Of a stretch of DNA of 64,000 bases, positions 49,701 to 62,635 are shown in pieces. A program made the position numbers and the translations under genes. The first letter of the stretch is position 1; each line of letters starts with the position of its first letter. The notes under the pieces were generated by a model. It ran no database searches and was not told where the DNA came from. It was given only the letters and a program-made list of their open reading frames with translations. The stretch lies in assembly GCF_001194135.2 (NCBI RefSeq), contig NC_068997.1, positions 54,111,975 to 54,175,974 on the forward strand. The letters run 5' to 3'. Origin of the DNA: Octopus bimaculoides. Taxonomy: Eukaryota.

Positions 49701-50469
49701 ATCCAGTCTAATTCAAAACGTATGAATTTTTTCTTATTTATTTATTTCTTGCATTTATTTACTAGTTTCTGGTGTCGCGAGTTCACTCAGTATAGCAGTG
49801 ACACCTACAGGAAATATATAATAAACTATTGGTTTTAGGTCTGTCAAATTTCATATTTTAGGATCGATCTGGATATTTGTTTTTGGAAGAAAAATATCCA
49901 ACTCGTGATAAACAGTTACGAAGTCTTATTAGTTTTCATATATATATATATATATATANNNNNNNNNNNNNNNNNNNNNNNNNNNNNNNNNNNNNNNNNN
50001 NNNNNNNNNNNNNNNNNNNNNNNNNNNNNNNNNNNNNNNNNNNNNNNNNNNNNNNNNNNNNNNNNNNNNNNNNNNNNNNNNNNNNNNNNNNNNNNNNNNN
50101 NNNNNNNNNNNNNNNNNNNNNNNNNNNNNNNNNNNNNNNNNNNNNNNNNNNNNNNNNNNNNNNNNNNNNNNNNNNNNNNNNNNNNNNNNNNNNNNNNNNN
50201 NNNNNNNNNNNNNNNNNNNNNNNNNNNNNNNNNNNNNNNNNNNNNNNNNNNNNNNNNNNNNNNNNNNNNNNNNNNNNNNNNNNNNNNNNNNNNNNNNNNN
50301 NNNNNNNNNNNNNNNNNNNNNNNNNNNNNNNNNNNNNNNNNNNNNNNNNNNNNNNNNNNNNNNNNNNNNNGCGTGTGTGTGTGTGTATTATCTATTTATC
50401 TCTATTTCCCCCCCACACACACACACCTTAGCCACACCTATATGAACACATAAATACTTAAACACATGC

Positions 50470-50598
50470 GACGATCTATCAGTCTCCTCTCCTCTACAAA
50501 ATCTACTCACAAGGCTTTTTGGTCAGTCCGAAGTAATAGTAGGAGACACTTGCTCAAGGTGCCTCAGAGTGGGACAGAATGTGGACGCATGTGGTTGA

Positions 50599-50600
<2 letters not shown>
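50470..50600 (-). mobile_element. SINE family B, left-arm fragment
   Basis: AAATCTACTCACAAGGCTTTTTGGTCAGTCCGAAG..ATAGTAGGAGACACTTGCTCAAGGTGCC.CAGAGTGGGAC.GAA. Confidence 0.75.
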
Positions 50601-50642
<42 letters not shown>

Positions 50643-52354
50643 GCACACGCTCACTCACTCACTCACATACACACACACATTGTTATGAAAGAATTGTAAA
50701 TGATAATACGATGTATTTTACATGTTGCAATCTGATATCTTTATTCTTGCCGACGTCATAAAAATGTTTTATCTCAGAGTGAACTTTGTGTATGTCTTTA
50801 AATTTCTCAACAAATACCTCAATAAATGTGCGAAACTGTTGATCGCTGTTTGCATGCCGGTGATTAAAACAGAAACATTATAATTTAGAGCGAATTTATA
50901 ATTTGCATATCCTGTAAATTGAAACAAGTTAGTGTATTGTGGCAGAAATACAAATGCTTGTAAACTAAAGTAGTAATCCTAAGTGTTTAGTCAAGTTTAT
51001 ATTGGTTATTAAGTAACATGTGCCTTGAATTAATTTAGTTGCCGCTCTTGAAATTAAACATAGTTTACGCGCAAGAAGCAGAAAATCCATTGCATTGATT
51101 GATGTTAACAATAATTTTATGCTAACAGTTTGTGATAATACGTGGAGAGAACTCATTGGTAAGCATCGATAAATTAGTGGGGAAGAATACTAAGAAAGTA
51201 ATGTATGTTACTGATTAAGAAGAGACATTGATAGGAAGTTGAGGTTAAATGTATGGTTAGTGAGAGATTTGAATAACGACGAACGATGACAACAACAAAA
51301 GAAACGTTTAATTAAAGCGCAGCAAAAACAAAATACAAACATTTCATCGAAATATTGCTTCTCCAGACGCAAGTTTTCACCTGCATGCGTTCATTATCTC
51401 CAGAGATTCAATTTACTATTGATTAAAAGTAAATTACATTTTAGAAACTTAAATAAAGGTTCCTCTGATCATATACATCTTATTCCTGTGCAAAATAATG
51501 CCAAAGTAACATGCTGTCGATCAGCTCTCGGGAAAATTTCACGTTTCGTTCCACCTTAAGTGGTGTTGGTGATGGTTGTATGTAAAAGACATCTAACAAA
51601 TTAACTCAAATTAACTCACAATGGATAGGTGCCATGGTTAGTGCAATTCACCACAATAAGCTAGGGTGATACTGCAAAGACATTGCATATTTGTTATATT
51701 TTATTGATATCTGCAAACCGTTTGAATAAAAGATATTACTTGCAGATGGAATGACGTCCGAAAGAAACTATTACAGAAGAAATAATAAAACACATCAACG
51801 GTAAAGGGAAAAATAAGCTTAATTTAACTGTATTTTAGTGAAATATAGAGAATATAAATAAAAAGCAAGACCACACACGAGATTCAGAAAATATTCCAGA
51901 TAAATAATTCATCTTAAGAATTACAGATCTAGAGGAGGATCCACTAATGTAGCATAGAAGCATATTCTTTACACTTTGCGTATTTTTCTAACCTGTTGAG
52001 TAAATAATGAACCTGCATTCACAAATTGAACAGTCACGGGATAGTCGGACATTTATATTATCAATGAATAATGGTGCACGATTTTTATCCCCTACACCTC
52101 GTTAGTGAGATGTCTATCAATCTCTTCAATGATGGTTATTCATAGCCACTGCATAAGTACGTCTCCGAGAAATTAATCGGCTAATAAGAAACAGATGTCT
52201 CAGTATTTAATGATTAAGTCATTTGTGGATTCTAGAACAATGATTAATTAGTAAGGGGGAATCTATATAGCAAGCAGCGTAAGATAGCGACATTAAGAAC
52301 AGGGTGTATACGGGTTTATACGGGTATATCAAATGTATTATATGTAAAGAGCTT

Positions 52355-53027
52355 TAAGAACGAGAGAACAAGAAACCATTATGGTTCTCTGGAGAACATA
52401 TAACCTCATCTGCTTAGACTTCTGCTCCTAAAGATAGTCACCGCACAATGTTAAATTAACAGGAGAACTGGAAACAATCCAGCGAAGCAGCATAAAGAAA
52501 ATAATTTCAATGAAACATGTTAGCTAATGGAAGAAGCTCAAAACGTTAAGACTCTTCTCTTTAGAACGAAGGCAGGGAAGATATGCGGTGATATGTGTAA
52601 ACCTCTGTGTAAACTTCTGGAAGGATTGTACCCAAACTGTAGCATTGAACGTTACACAGAAACGTAGAACGGTGCACCACTGCATAGTGACAAATATTCC
52701 AACGTCGCCATTAAGATACAAGGCCAGTTACTGTAACAGTTTGAGTTTCATGAGCTCACATCACTTCAATAACCTCCTAAAAAAAAACCCTGAGTGACCT
52801 GCAGGGGATCGATGAAGGTGTCTTCAAAGCAAAAACGGAATCACTTCCTGTCAAAAATTCTTGATGAACCTACCTCCCAGCAGGAAACGCAGATCAGGGC
52901 ATCAGTACCAAAATCTCTCATTCACGAAGTGCCACATATCAGAGGTGGTTTCAAGTAGTGGAAATACAGCAAAGCTAACAGTGGCGCCTAACATGGCGGC
53001 AACTCTCTAGCTGAAAGTTGATGAAGA
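52355..53027 (+). mobile_element. CR1/L2-group LINE 3' end (C-terminal ORF2 region, 3' UTR and tail)
   Basis: From 52381: MVLWRTYNLICLDFCS*R*SPHNVKLTGELETIQRSSIKKIISMKHVS*WKKLKTLRLFSLERRQGRYAVI, matching L.Y....LDYCS.LWSP......LE.IQR..TK.I.....SYW.RL..L.L.SLERRR.RY. Ends in ...CATGGCGGCA...CTGAAAG..GATGAAGA, then (TG)n. Confidence 0.85.
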
Positions 53028-53098
53028 CATGTGTGTGTTTGTGTGTGTGTGTGTGTGCATGTATGTGTGTGTTTATGCGTGTATGTGTATGCACGTGC

Positions 53099-53151
<53 letters not shown>

Positions 53152-54219
53152 ATATATATATTTGTATGTATGTATGTATGTATGTATGTATTAGAGTATC
53201 AAAGAAGAGCTATTTGCATAAGCGTAATAGACAGAGCTTATCGACAGAGCTGATTCAGATAAATGAAAGAGGAATTCAAGCGATTTTCTTTCGCCATTCC
53301 ACTTCCATCCGACAATGAAATCTTTAGCTATGATGCTAAACCAGATTAACTACAGATAAATGAAGTATGAGGTGACAATCAGCAATCTCCAGTGGTTGAT
53401 GTTTATCGTGTTGCTGTTGAACTTCTTGTTGTTTATCTAATTTCAAACCCGATCATCTACAACATCTAGGATACGTATGTCATTCCACCGAACTGCTACC
53501 TAACATCCAGGTATCAGTTGTTCGTCAGGTCACGTCCATGCCTGACCACAAACTATACGTTTTACATACGCAAAACCACTCATTTTGATATAATTCATGA
53601 GATTCAGTAAAGTCATTGGTATGGAATCTCGGTTTATAAAAATACAGTAGAACCACATAAAAAGTGAGGAAAAGAAATAAATTCAATGATATGATGCTAA
53701 AGAAACAGAGGCCAAAGCTGAGACTATACGGTATGCACACACACATACACACACACATACATAGTACACGCATATATATATATATATATAAATTATAATA
53801 TGGGCTTACAAAAAAGAATTTCTAGCTTATATGCTTAGAAATAGGCGATAAATCGTCTAACCACTGAAAAAAAAGTCACAAACACACGTGTTTTGCGTTG
53901 AATTCGATGCAACAAGCCAACTAATAAAACAGATAGCCCCGGATTAGCTAATTTCTAGATCTGCGCAAAAGGATTTACCGTCTTCAACAGGACATACATA
54001 GAAAATAAATAAGGTATTTATACATACCCACAAGAAAGCAAAATGCAAAGCCATAAATACTTATAAATACTCGAGACACTTCCGAACAAGTTTCGTAGCT
54101 TGGCTCAACATGTGTGTTCGGTCGCCATAGCAGTTAGTGAGGCATGCTCTCCCGAAGTGAAGTAATTTTTTCAATTCCAATAAGAGAGGACAAAACTTTA
54201 AAAAAATGTCACCCATTTT

Positions 54220-54357
54220 TCAGTTCAGAGGATTAGTACGACGTGGAATGAAGTGTTTAGCTTAAGAATGCAACGCGCAGCTGGTCTGAGAATCGAACCC
54301 CCGATCTTAGGTTCGTGTGTGCAACTGGCCTAACCACTGATCCACGTGCTTTCACAT
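54220..54357 (-). mobile_element. tRNA-derived SINE head (family C-related)
   Basis: Reverse complement TGTGAAAGCACGTGGATCAGTGGTTAGG...GGGTTCGATTCTC. Confidence 0.65.
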
Positions 54358-54756
54358 GTATGACAGCATAATAATAAAAAAAGCTCTAACAAAGTATATA
54401 ACATTAATCAGCTTAATCGAATAGCATTTAATTGTTTAGATCATTGAATATAGTTGACATAATGTCGTTAATTGGTAGCTTCCATTAACCATAGTATAGA
54501 TCTGTTCCTTAAGGCTGTCTGCCAAAAACTCATTGCTCTGATAGAAAATGTATCTCTTCTTTACTTTCCCTCTTGTTATATATATTATATGTGCTTTTTA
54601 ATTCGACGCAATTAGTCAATGGATATCTGTTTCCAAAGAAATACTGGAGTTTCGTATTTTCGAGTCAGTCTTTATTAAAGAAAACAGCTGCCAGAGCCGA
54701 TAATAATCAAAATCATCTTCAGCGGAATTCAATCGTTAATATCCTCTCATTGTAAA

Positions 54757-54950
54757 CGACGAGCTGGCAGAATCGTTCGCACGTCGAGCAAATTTCTAAG
54801 CGGTATTTCGTCCGTCGGTACCTATTGAGTTTGACTCTGCTTTTCATCCTTTCGCAGTAGATAAAGTAAGTGCCAGTTGATCATAGAGGCAGATGTGACC
54901 GACTTACTCCGCTGCTCCGGAAATGCTGGCCTTTTACCAAACAATGAAAC
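54757..54950 (+). mobile_element. SINE family A, diverged copy with internal deletion
   Basis: GACGAGCTGGCAGAATCGTTCGCACG...GCGGTATTTCGTC...CTTTTCATCCTTTCGCAGTAGATAAA. Confidence 0.8.
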
Positions 54951-55227
54951 TAATATCCTGTCATTGTTTCTGTAGTGAGGCCTGAGGATGTAACAGTTAT
55001 TCCAATCCAACAACCTGTAAACAGATAAGCAAAGATAAAAGCGATATGCAACAGTATTGTAAAATAGAGGAGTATAAGTTGCGAAAATGATCTCGTTACA
55101 TCTGGTTGGAGTAATTTGGAGAGGCATCCTCTCTTGAACAGTGAACGGTCCTCATCCGTTTGTACACCAGTAACATTGAACACGGGATAACGTTTTATAA
55201 ACGCCACTTTCAGTTATTAAGTGGTCC

Positions 55228-55437
55228 ACTGGCAGAGACATTAGCACGCCGGGCGAAATACTTGGCGGTATTTCGTCTGTCTTTATATTCTGAGTTCAAA
55301 TTTCGCCGAGGTCGTCTTTGCCCTTCATCCTTTCGGAGTCAATAAATTAAGTACCAGTTGGGTACTGGGGACGATCTAATCGACTGGTCTCCCCTCCCTC
55401 CAAATGTCGGGCCTTGTGCCTAGAGTAAAACAGAATA
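55228..55437 (+). mobile_element. SINE family A, near full length
   Basis: TTAGCACGCCGGGCGAAATACTTGGCGGTATTTCGTCTGTCTTTATATTCTGAGTTCAAATTTCGCCGAGGTCG...GGGCCTTGTGCCTAGAGTA. Confidence 0.9.
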
Positions 55438-56459
55438 AATGCTGTGTATCTTTTATCTTTTGTTTGTTTCAGTCATTAAACTGCGACCATGCTAGAGCAC
55501 CACCTTGAAGAATTATAGTCGGAAGAATCCAACCTAGTATGCATGTATGTATGTATGTATGTATGTATGTATGTGTGTGTTTGTGTGTGTGTGTGTGTAT
55601 GTGTGTGTGTGTGTGTGTGCGTGCGTGCGTGTGTCTATACATATAGATATGTGTGTGTATCTTATTTGTCATATGCAACACGCACCTGCTTGTCGAAACC
55701 AGTGACATATGACTACTCGTATTAAAAGAGGTCATGCTAAACAAAGTACCTAGGGGCTGCAACAAAACCTAGGCGATAAAACATGGAATATGTTTGAAGA
55801 ATTCAAAATATGTTACGCAAGACAATTATCTTTATAATCACCTATTATCGAGGCATATAACAGTCACGTGTCTGTGCAAGACCTGGTCACAGCCAACGTC
55901 ATTTTACTGGTCGTTTGCAACATAATAACAATGTCAGTATGCCAGTGAAGTAGTTGACAGAGGCGGCTATTTGATAAGAAATAATTAAATAGAAAGACGT
56001 AACATGTACGCCATCACTAACCTTGTTCCTTCCGCTTTAGTTCTTGTTGTCTGCTAAATATATCAAATATGAAGGTGAATATGTGATATCAGCTAAAGAT
56101 GGCTTAACGTGTATACATATACAAACGCAACACACAAACGCACACTCACACACACACATACGTTTATGCTTAGATCGTAAGATGGTAAGCTCAATACTCA
56201 TCAGCGTGTTGTGCCCTGAGCAAAACATTTTATTTCTGTTTCTTCAGACCACTATATGATATATAACCAAAGGGGGAGAAATGGCGTACTGCGAAAGAAG
56301 AAAAAGGTGACGTAATCCAGTGGATAGTCAATTCAAAGAAACACAAATTTAAAAAACAGAAGGAAAACGAAAAAGAAAAAAATATCTTTTTAAACGAAGG
56401 AGAGGACGTGCGCAAGAAATATAATAATTTGACGCTCGGCGAAAGGAGAGAATTTATTG

Positions 56460-56650
56460 ACTTATTCTTTTATTTGTGTCAGTCATTTGACTGCGGCCAT
56501 GCTGGAGCACTGTCTTTAGTCGAACAAGTCGAACCCAAGACTTATGCTTTGTAAGCCTGGTACTCATTCTATCGGTCTCTTTTGCCGAACTGCTAAGTTA
56601 CGGGCACGTAAACACACCAGCATCGGTTGTCAAGCGATGGTGGGGGTCAA

Positions 56651-56708
<58 letters not shown>

Positions 56709-56715
56709 GACGAGC
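56460..56715 (-). mobile_element. SINE family B, right arm and tail
   Basis: CAGTCATTTGACTGCGGCCATGCTGGAGCAC..CTTTAGTCGAACAA.TCGA.CCCA.GACTTAT...GCCGAAC.GCTAAGTTACGGG.ACGTAAACACACCAGCATCGGTTGTCAAGCGATGGTGGGGG, then (CA)n(TA)n. Confidence 0.9.
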
Positions 56716-56853
56716 AGAACATTGCCATAAAATCTCTACACGTCTACTTTTGTACATCTCCGATATAAACATAACTACAAACACACACATTATATATATA
56801 TAACTCTTCACATGTGCCTGCGTGTGTAACTATCTGTCTATTTATCTATCTAC

Positions 56854-56947
<94 letters not shown>

Positions 56948-59707
56948 ATGCACGTATTTATACATGTATGCATGTATGTATATAATGAGAAAGAGGCTGA
57001 TCTTTCCTTCTCTACCGCACCCTTTCTCTTGGAAGTATTACCTGTAGGTGTTTATGCAGATATCTAATTAATATATATGTTTATTTCGTGAGTAAAACGT
57101 TGAAGTACTCAAACGCCAAATCCCTAATTATGTTGAATCGGAAACGAAACCTTCAATTTTTATTTCCGTTCGTTTTGTATTCAGGAATTCCAGTTGGTTC
57201 CAGTATGAAATCTCTGTTCCTTTCCTTTCCAATATCTCCAGAAGCCAAATACTGAAATCACAAAATGCTTAGTTTCCAAATTCAGATCATATATATATAT
57301 ATATATATATATANNNNNNNNNNNNNNNNNNNNNNNNNNNNNNNNNNNNNNNNNNNNNNNNNNNNNNNNNNNNNNNNNNNNNNNNNNNNNNNNNNNNNNN
57401 NNNNNNNNNNNNNNNNNNNNNNNNNNNNNNNNNNNNNNNNNNNNNNNNNNNNNNNNNNNNNNNNNNNNNNNNNNNNNNNNNNNAAAAAAAGAAATTTCGT
57501 AGAAATAAATCCAGTTGTGGAAAGGGATAGTAAGAAGAAATACAAATAAATAAGAAGGAAAAAATGATCAAAGAAGAACACGATTGGAAGACGGAGCGAG
57601 CGTTATATTTAAATGGATGAACAAAACAAATATGGCGTCCTTCCACAAAGAGGGAATCTGCAATGGCACGTGCCGTATATTAAATGTCCAAAATAAATTC
57701 CGTCTTTCTTTTATCTCATCTCATTTAACATTTATTTCACTCCCTAAATATTTGTGATTATTATCACATGAACTATTCGCTATTTTGGGCTGATAATCGG
57801 ATATTATATATTTCGCAGCGTACAATAATTTCCTTTAAAGGGAGACAATCAGTTAAGTTCTTTCCCATTTTAGAAATGTATCCTGCCCTATTTCACCGCC
57901 TCACCATTGCCATAACCAATTCAATTATAATTATACATGCTGTCGATATTAAAGACCATTATGTATTTTTCTGTTGCTCTAGAAAGGTTTCACGGCAACA
58001 CGTTAAAGTTGCTTCTTTCCTTCTCAATAGCCCTCAATAAATTTCTGTATTTAGCAATCTGTGTGCCGACCAATCTGTGTGATTTGTCGTTTAACTTGTT
58101 AATGAGCTTAGCAAGTAAATATTTCTTTCGTTTTCTAAGGATTTGTGATCTGTTTTGCTTGTCTCTTCTTGTCACACAGTGTAGCCTCAAAACTCCTAGC
58201 TCTGTTCGTAAGTACCATCAATCAATCAATCAATCAATCAATCACAGATACACAAACATACAGAGATATCATTATATACGTAGTGTATTCATATACCTGC
58301 AGCTTTGTGTATATATAGATGCAAATATCGTTGTATTTCGGGATGGTCATATTTTTTCTTCTTACGAAATAACCACACACACTATATATATTCGTTCTAC
58401 ACTCGCTTATTACTGTTCTTATTTTAACTCATGTCTATTTTCCAGAAACCTTTCCTCACACATCTGTGACCTCTTCAGCGACACTTTCCCTCCTCATTTG
58501 TGCTGCTGTTCCGCTTACTCCATTCTGTTCACCTATGATGCGTATCTTTGTATGCTCATGCATTTGCGCCTGTATATGTGTGTGTGTGTGTCAACTATCA
58601 TTTCTACATCATAGTTCACAGTTACACATGCAGACTGATGTACACACATATCTATACGCACTCACTCCACATATTTACTTTATATATACGTACATTCTTA
58701 TCCGTCACTGGCAAGCAAGTATGAACCCGATTCTGTGTAACCTGTTTTTGCGGATTGTTTTAATTGCCTGTGCAGTCGGGAGCAGACACGGGCGCCCTCT
58801 GAGCCCGGCCGTCCTTGGCCCAGAAGAACATATAGGATGTGACAGCTGGATAGAGTGAAAGTGAAAGCGAGAAAGAGAAGGAGATAGAGGGAGAGGTGGT
58901 GAATAAGAGAACGAGAGAGAAAGAGAGCGAGCAAGAAAGAGAGAGAGAGAGGGAGCGAAAGAGAAAGAGAGCAAGAGAGAGATACAGAGAGGGAGAGAAA
59001 GAGAGAGAGAGGACTGCTCAAGCACTGAGTAGGTACACATTTACAGCTGAGTAGACTGGTGTAACATAGACTAAGATGCATGGCTCAAGAACGCTACATG
59101 CTATCCGGTCCTAGAACCGAACACATAGCCGTATTAGCGTGTATCTAACACTCTAACCTCAAAGCCACGTGTCTTACCAATATGTGCATATAAACATACC
59201 ATACATACAGACACGTGTGTCTGAAAAATAGCATTTCTATTTAATTCAGTGTTCACCATTTAGAACTTTTAAAGAATTTACTGAAGTGTTCTTGAGGAAA
59301 TTCTATAAAATCGACCAGTTTTAGACCCGTTACTCAGAATGGTTGACTTAGTCTCTCTTCGTTCTTTCTATATTTAAATATTTTTTAAAGCAATTTCCTT
59401 TGTCTATTGATGCATGCACGAACTTTCCCTTCTGCTTTGCTTCTCCTCCACCATCCTTTTTTTCCATTATGCCTCTTAGAAGGTTTCTTATTTCTAAGCA
59501 AACAATTGTTGCAGGAAATTATATTAAAACATCAAATCTATAGCTACAAAAATTAACATAGATAAATATCAATATATAACTTTGTCAAACTAGGTTTTCT
59601 TTTTTTTATAGTAAAAAAAAAAATAATTCAAGATGAAAAATCAATAACGACAAACGAGTAGAAGTAGTAGTAGTAGTAGTAGTAATAATAATAACAATAA
59701 TAATAAT

Positions 59708-59738
<31 letters not shown>

Positions 59739-59939
59739 ATAATAATAATAATAATGAGAAGAAGAATAATAATAAGATGTATAGTATTACAGAAATATAG
59801 TATTATAGACTTAAAAATCATTGTTTCCACTCAGCGCTAAAATAAATATTTGTTTGTTGGTAACTGGTGTTATCATCTAAATATAATACTAAAATAACTA
59901 CTACTAGATTTGAGTATTTGTATGATGTCTATGTTACTG

Positions 59940-60270
59940 TAAAGTGCTGTTGCGTGGCCTAGTGGTAAGAGTATTGCACTGACAATCGTGAGATTGCGAT
60001 TTCGATTACTGTACTGGGCGGCATGTTGCGTTCTGCAGGGGGATAAAAAAAGAAGAACAACCATTTCATTTCAGACTGCTTTCCTATCACTTCGACAGCT
60101 GAAATATAGCACACCGCGCATCTGCACAGGTAATGTCGATTTGATGGAGAGGCTTGAGATACATGAAAAATATTGGATCACTACAAATGAACCATCTGTG
60201 CAGCTGTTCAGCAAGAAATTTCTGGAACCTGCATCAGCCAGCCACAAGATTACTGTAGATATAATAATTT
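59940..60270 (+). mobile_element. tRNA-derived SINE (family C-like head, distinct body)
   Basis: GCGTGGCCTAGTGGTAAGAGT (A box)...GATTTCGATTAC (B box-like). Confidence 0.6.
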
Positions 60271-60282
60271 ACGACGAAAGTC

Positions 60283-60497
60283 AGCGAGCTGGCAGAATCG
60301 TTAGCACACCGGACGAAATGCTTAGCGGTATTTAATCTGCCGTTGGGTTCTGAGTTCAAATTCCGCCGAGGTCGACTTTGCCTTTCTTCCATTAGGGGTC
60401 GATAAATTAAGTACTAGTTGCGTCCTGGGGTCGAGCTAATCGACTGGCCTCCCTTTCCTAAACAATTCTCGCCTTGTGCCAAGAGTAGAAAAGAATA
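60283..60497 (+). mobile_element. SINE family A, full length
   Basis: AGCGAGCTGGCAGAATCGTTAGCACACCGGACGAAATGCTTAGCGGTATTT...TTCTGAGTTCAAATTCCGCCGAGGTCGACTTTGCC...GAGTAGAAAAGAAT. Confidence 0.9.
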
Positions 60498-60917
60498 CCT
60501 TTTTTTTTGTGTGTGACACGTAGATTTCACCTGTTGCTATTACCAATGTGTTTTCATATTTTCGGTGATGTTCTATTTTGATATAGATATCATTTAATCT
60601 TCTATCTTTACGATTCCATGTTTATTTTGGCAATACTGAAGGAACATTTTATTCCAGAAAGTAAATAAATGTTTGCTGTGAATGCTCGAATTTTAAAGAA
60701 CAAATAATTGTGATAGAAGGGAAAGAAAGAAATGAAGAAGGATAAAGAGCGTAAAGAATGATGTTGGATTTGAGATATGGAGGAGAGATAGGGGGGTGAA
60801 AGGGCCGCCGCGAGTGACCTTGTGGAGGGAAGCTTCGAAAGGCAGGAGTAAAGAGAATGAAACAAAAACAAGAGATACGCAAAGAGAATGAAGGCATATA
60901 ATGCTTTATGATGAGGT

Positions 60918-61235
60918 GAAGAAGAAGAAGAAGAAGAAGAAGAAGAAGAAGAAGAAGAAGAAGAAGAAGAAGAAGAAGAAGAAGAAGAAAAAGAAGAAGA
61001 AGAAGAAGAAGAAGAAGAAGAAGAAGAAGAAGAAGAAGAAGAAGAAGAAGAAGAAGGCCGAGGAGGAGGAGGACGAGGACGGGGACGAGGACGAGGACGA
61101 GGAGAAAAAGAAGAAGCTAATGATGATGACGAGGAGGAGGAACAAAAACAACGGCAACAATAATGATGGTAGTTGTAATAATANNNNNNNNNNAAAACAA
61201 CGGCAACAATAATGATGGTAGTTGTAATAATAATG

Positions 61236-61277
<42 letters not shown>

Positions 61278-61290
61278 TGATAATAAAATG
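60918..61290. repeat. (GAA)n (~46 units, 60918-61056) grading into GAG/GAC/ATG/AAC/AAT units
   Basis: Read directly from the sequence. Confidence 0.95.
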
Positions 61291-61708
61291 ATAATAAATC
61301 GATAAATGCGAATAATTTTTATTATGTATCATAAGTTGTGATTGTTTGGGAGCAATAAAGTTTAGCGTTGTAGAATTCGATTAGCAGATGTTGATGATAA
61401 TTATGATGGGCATGATGATGGCAACAACAACAACAACAACAATAATAATATAAGTGATAATATTAAGTTAATGTAATAAATTAAATCCATTATCACAGTT
61501 AACTTATTGTGTGATTATGAATTGTGTAATAAATCCATTAACGCCATTTCGAAATGAGATTAATGTTAATGCAGACGCATTTCGATATAATCATTTAATC
61601 AATACACCTCCCCAACAAAACAATCTGGCCATGTACATATGTTAAAAACTATTGTCATGCTAATTGTCATTCTCACTCTCATCGTCGACGACGACAAATC
61701 ATCTTCAA

Positions 61709-61753
<45 letters not shown>

Positions 61754-62151
61754 CATTATTATTATTAGAGCTATAACATACTACATAAGTTAGAAGCGAT
61801 GTTGTCTTGAGTTTTGGTGATAGCATGTCTCCTCTATGTCAGAGACAAGACCTGATGTCTAAAGTACATAGAGCAAAACATTTTATTGCGACATTTTGTT
61901 GCACAGAGACAGTATTCTATTTCCTAATGTAATATATCTAACGAACAAAATTTATAAGTGTAAATATAATACACAATATATATTCATGAATAAATATAAT
62001 TTATACGCCTTGGCAATTTTACTTAATACATGTCAATCCATTTCTCAGTGTTTATGTGTTTTGATTGTTTTGAAAGTCATTAAGAATTTGGAAGAATTTA
62101 GTAAGATAACGTTTCGCACACTATAACTAACTGTAGTTCTCTTTGATATAG

Positions 62152-62196
62152 ACCAAGATTTACTGTTGCTACTGCTCCTCGCACACCATTAAGAAG
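62152..62196 (+). other. Candidate 45-nt micro-exon, gene unknown
   Basis: Acceptor GTTCTCTTTGATATAG and donor AAG|GTAAGT. Length is a multiple of 3, and it is open in phase 0 (TKIYCCYCSSHTIKK) and phase 2 (PRFTVATAPRTPLR). Confidence 0.35.
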
Positions 62197-62450
62197 GTAA
62201 GTGTAAACATTAATCGAGGTTCAGTTGTCCCTCACGCGTCATTAACGACTATGGTGTTCGTTAGCACAAACAAATCTTCGTTGTTTCTGATGTCCTCGTC
62301 ACAAACAATTTCAGTCAACAATGACACAAGCTGGTCACTATAAACACGCATTTTTAACAAGATATGATTTTATGACCATATATACTGCTGTCATCATCAA
62401 ATTTCCATTGGATGTAGAGATTTATTGTTTATATATTTTATATACATATA

Positions 62451-62522
<72 letters not shown>

Positions 62523-62579
62523 NNNNNNNNNNGGGTTGGACAAAATTCACGCACCAAAACATTTGACATTTTATATTAC

Positions 62580-62635
<56 letters not shown>

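Noticed and set aside
57937-58614. 225-aa plus-strand ORF
   Set aside because: Pyrimidine-rich strand depleted of stops, crosses (ATCA)n and (TG)n repeats, and has no domain.
60901-61212. Poly-Lys/Glu/Asp ORF and other homopolymer ORFs (poly-His, Asp, Ile, Thr, Val, Leu)
   Set aside because: These are direct translations of trinucleotide microsatellites.
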